The notes below the pieces were generated by a model, which was not told the origin of the DNA, searched no databases, and saw only the letters and a program-made list of their open reading frames with translations. A stretch of 64,000 nucleotides of DNA. It comes from Takakia lepidozioides (lineage: Eukaryota; Plantae; Bryophyta). The stretch lies in contig CM060733.1 of the NCBI GenBank assembly GCA_030704615.1, positions 42,036,001 through 42,100,000 of the forward strand, read 5' to 3'. The position numbers and the translations under genes are program-made. Positions 63,336-64,000 of this stretch are shown piece by piece; the first letter of the stretch is position 1; every line of letters starts with the position of its first letter.

Positions 63336-64000
63336 TTTTATTATGTCGTCCAGCTTGTTTCCGCGGTAAAGGGTGCCAATCCGCGGGAATACACTCCACT
63401 TCTTTCTGGGTGCGTGGTGACTCGGCCTCCACGAGTGATGACGTGGACTGAGACCCGTGACGTGGCATTTGCGCAAGGTGACGTGGCGTGAGCGCAGTCG
63501 CGCTCACGCGCTCACGCGCTCACGTGACCAGGCTCACGCCGAGGCATCCCTGCATTGCTATCCATTAAACGAGTAGAGTTTTAAGGCTGGGAAGAAAGAA
63601 AGGTGAATGTTTATACTCATATGCATGAAGAGCTGGTACTGGTAAAGAATTGGATTCCAAAGGATATTTTGTGGATCAAACTCACACCAAGAACAGCTTT
63701 TCAGACTTGTTTGCCATATGGTTATATGGTAACGGAGACTTCAAGTATAGCCAAGGGTGCATTGAAGCTTGAAAGAAACCCAGGCATATACGAGAGATAT
63801 TACAGAAGAGAGTTTTGGTTATTGCCACATTAAAAGAAATGAAAGACATGGGACATGAGTGATGAAAGAGAAGCTAGACGACAGAGATATTCAGCAAAAA
63901 GAGAAAGCTATCTGAAAGCTAATTATCCATATCTTTGGGAGAGAGGAATAGACATAGGGGAATCATCTGGACCTCTCACACCATCAAGATCAAAGAGTGC

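Larger units (their letters stand above)
55299..63552. mobile_element. MULE family B, copy 2 (one terminus present)
   Basis: Divergent transposase and ParB-methyltransferase genes. The terminus at about 63360-63552 has CCGCGG boxes and (GCTCACG)n repeats like the element A ends. Confidence 0.8.

Noticed and set aside
63553-64000. Possible coding fragment beyond the family B terminus
   Set aside because: It is short, interrupted by stops and has no recognisable motif.

Overview
This is eukaryotic, transposon-dense DNA with GT-AG introns. A green-plant host is probable but is only an inference. The window holds a nested cluster of three diverged families (here A, B, C) of large, roughly 14 kb, Mutator-like (MULE) DNA transposons, a broken Ty3/gypsy retrotransposon and a 500-N gap. 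All three families share one layout. A transposase gene (GCM-like Zn domain, MULE DDE core, C-terminal SWIM) sits head-to-head with a multi-exon cargo gene of about 1,200 aa. That cargo protein joins a ParB/Srx-type domain (WDGNHRLLAW) to a beta-class N4/N6 DNA-methyltransferase-like domain (ILDIPDG ... VLDL..GTG). Each family also carries many copies of its own palindrome in introns and intergenic DNA, all built on the core CG(G/T)-YR-(A/C)CG. Element A (36992-50677) is complete, has a perfect 9-bp target-site duplication and sits inside the gypsy gag. The main candidate novel system is a transposon-encoded ParB-methyltransferase with family-specific parS-like site arrays. Domain calls are by-eye motif recognition, not database searches, and all functions are inferred.
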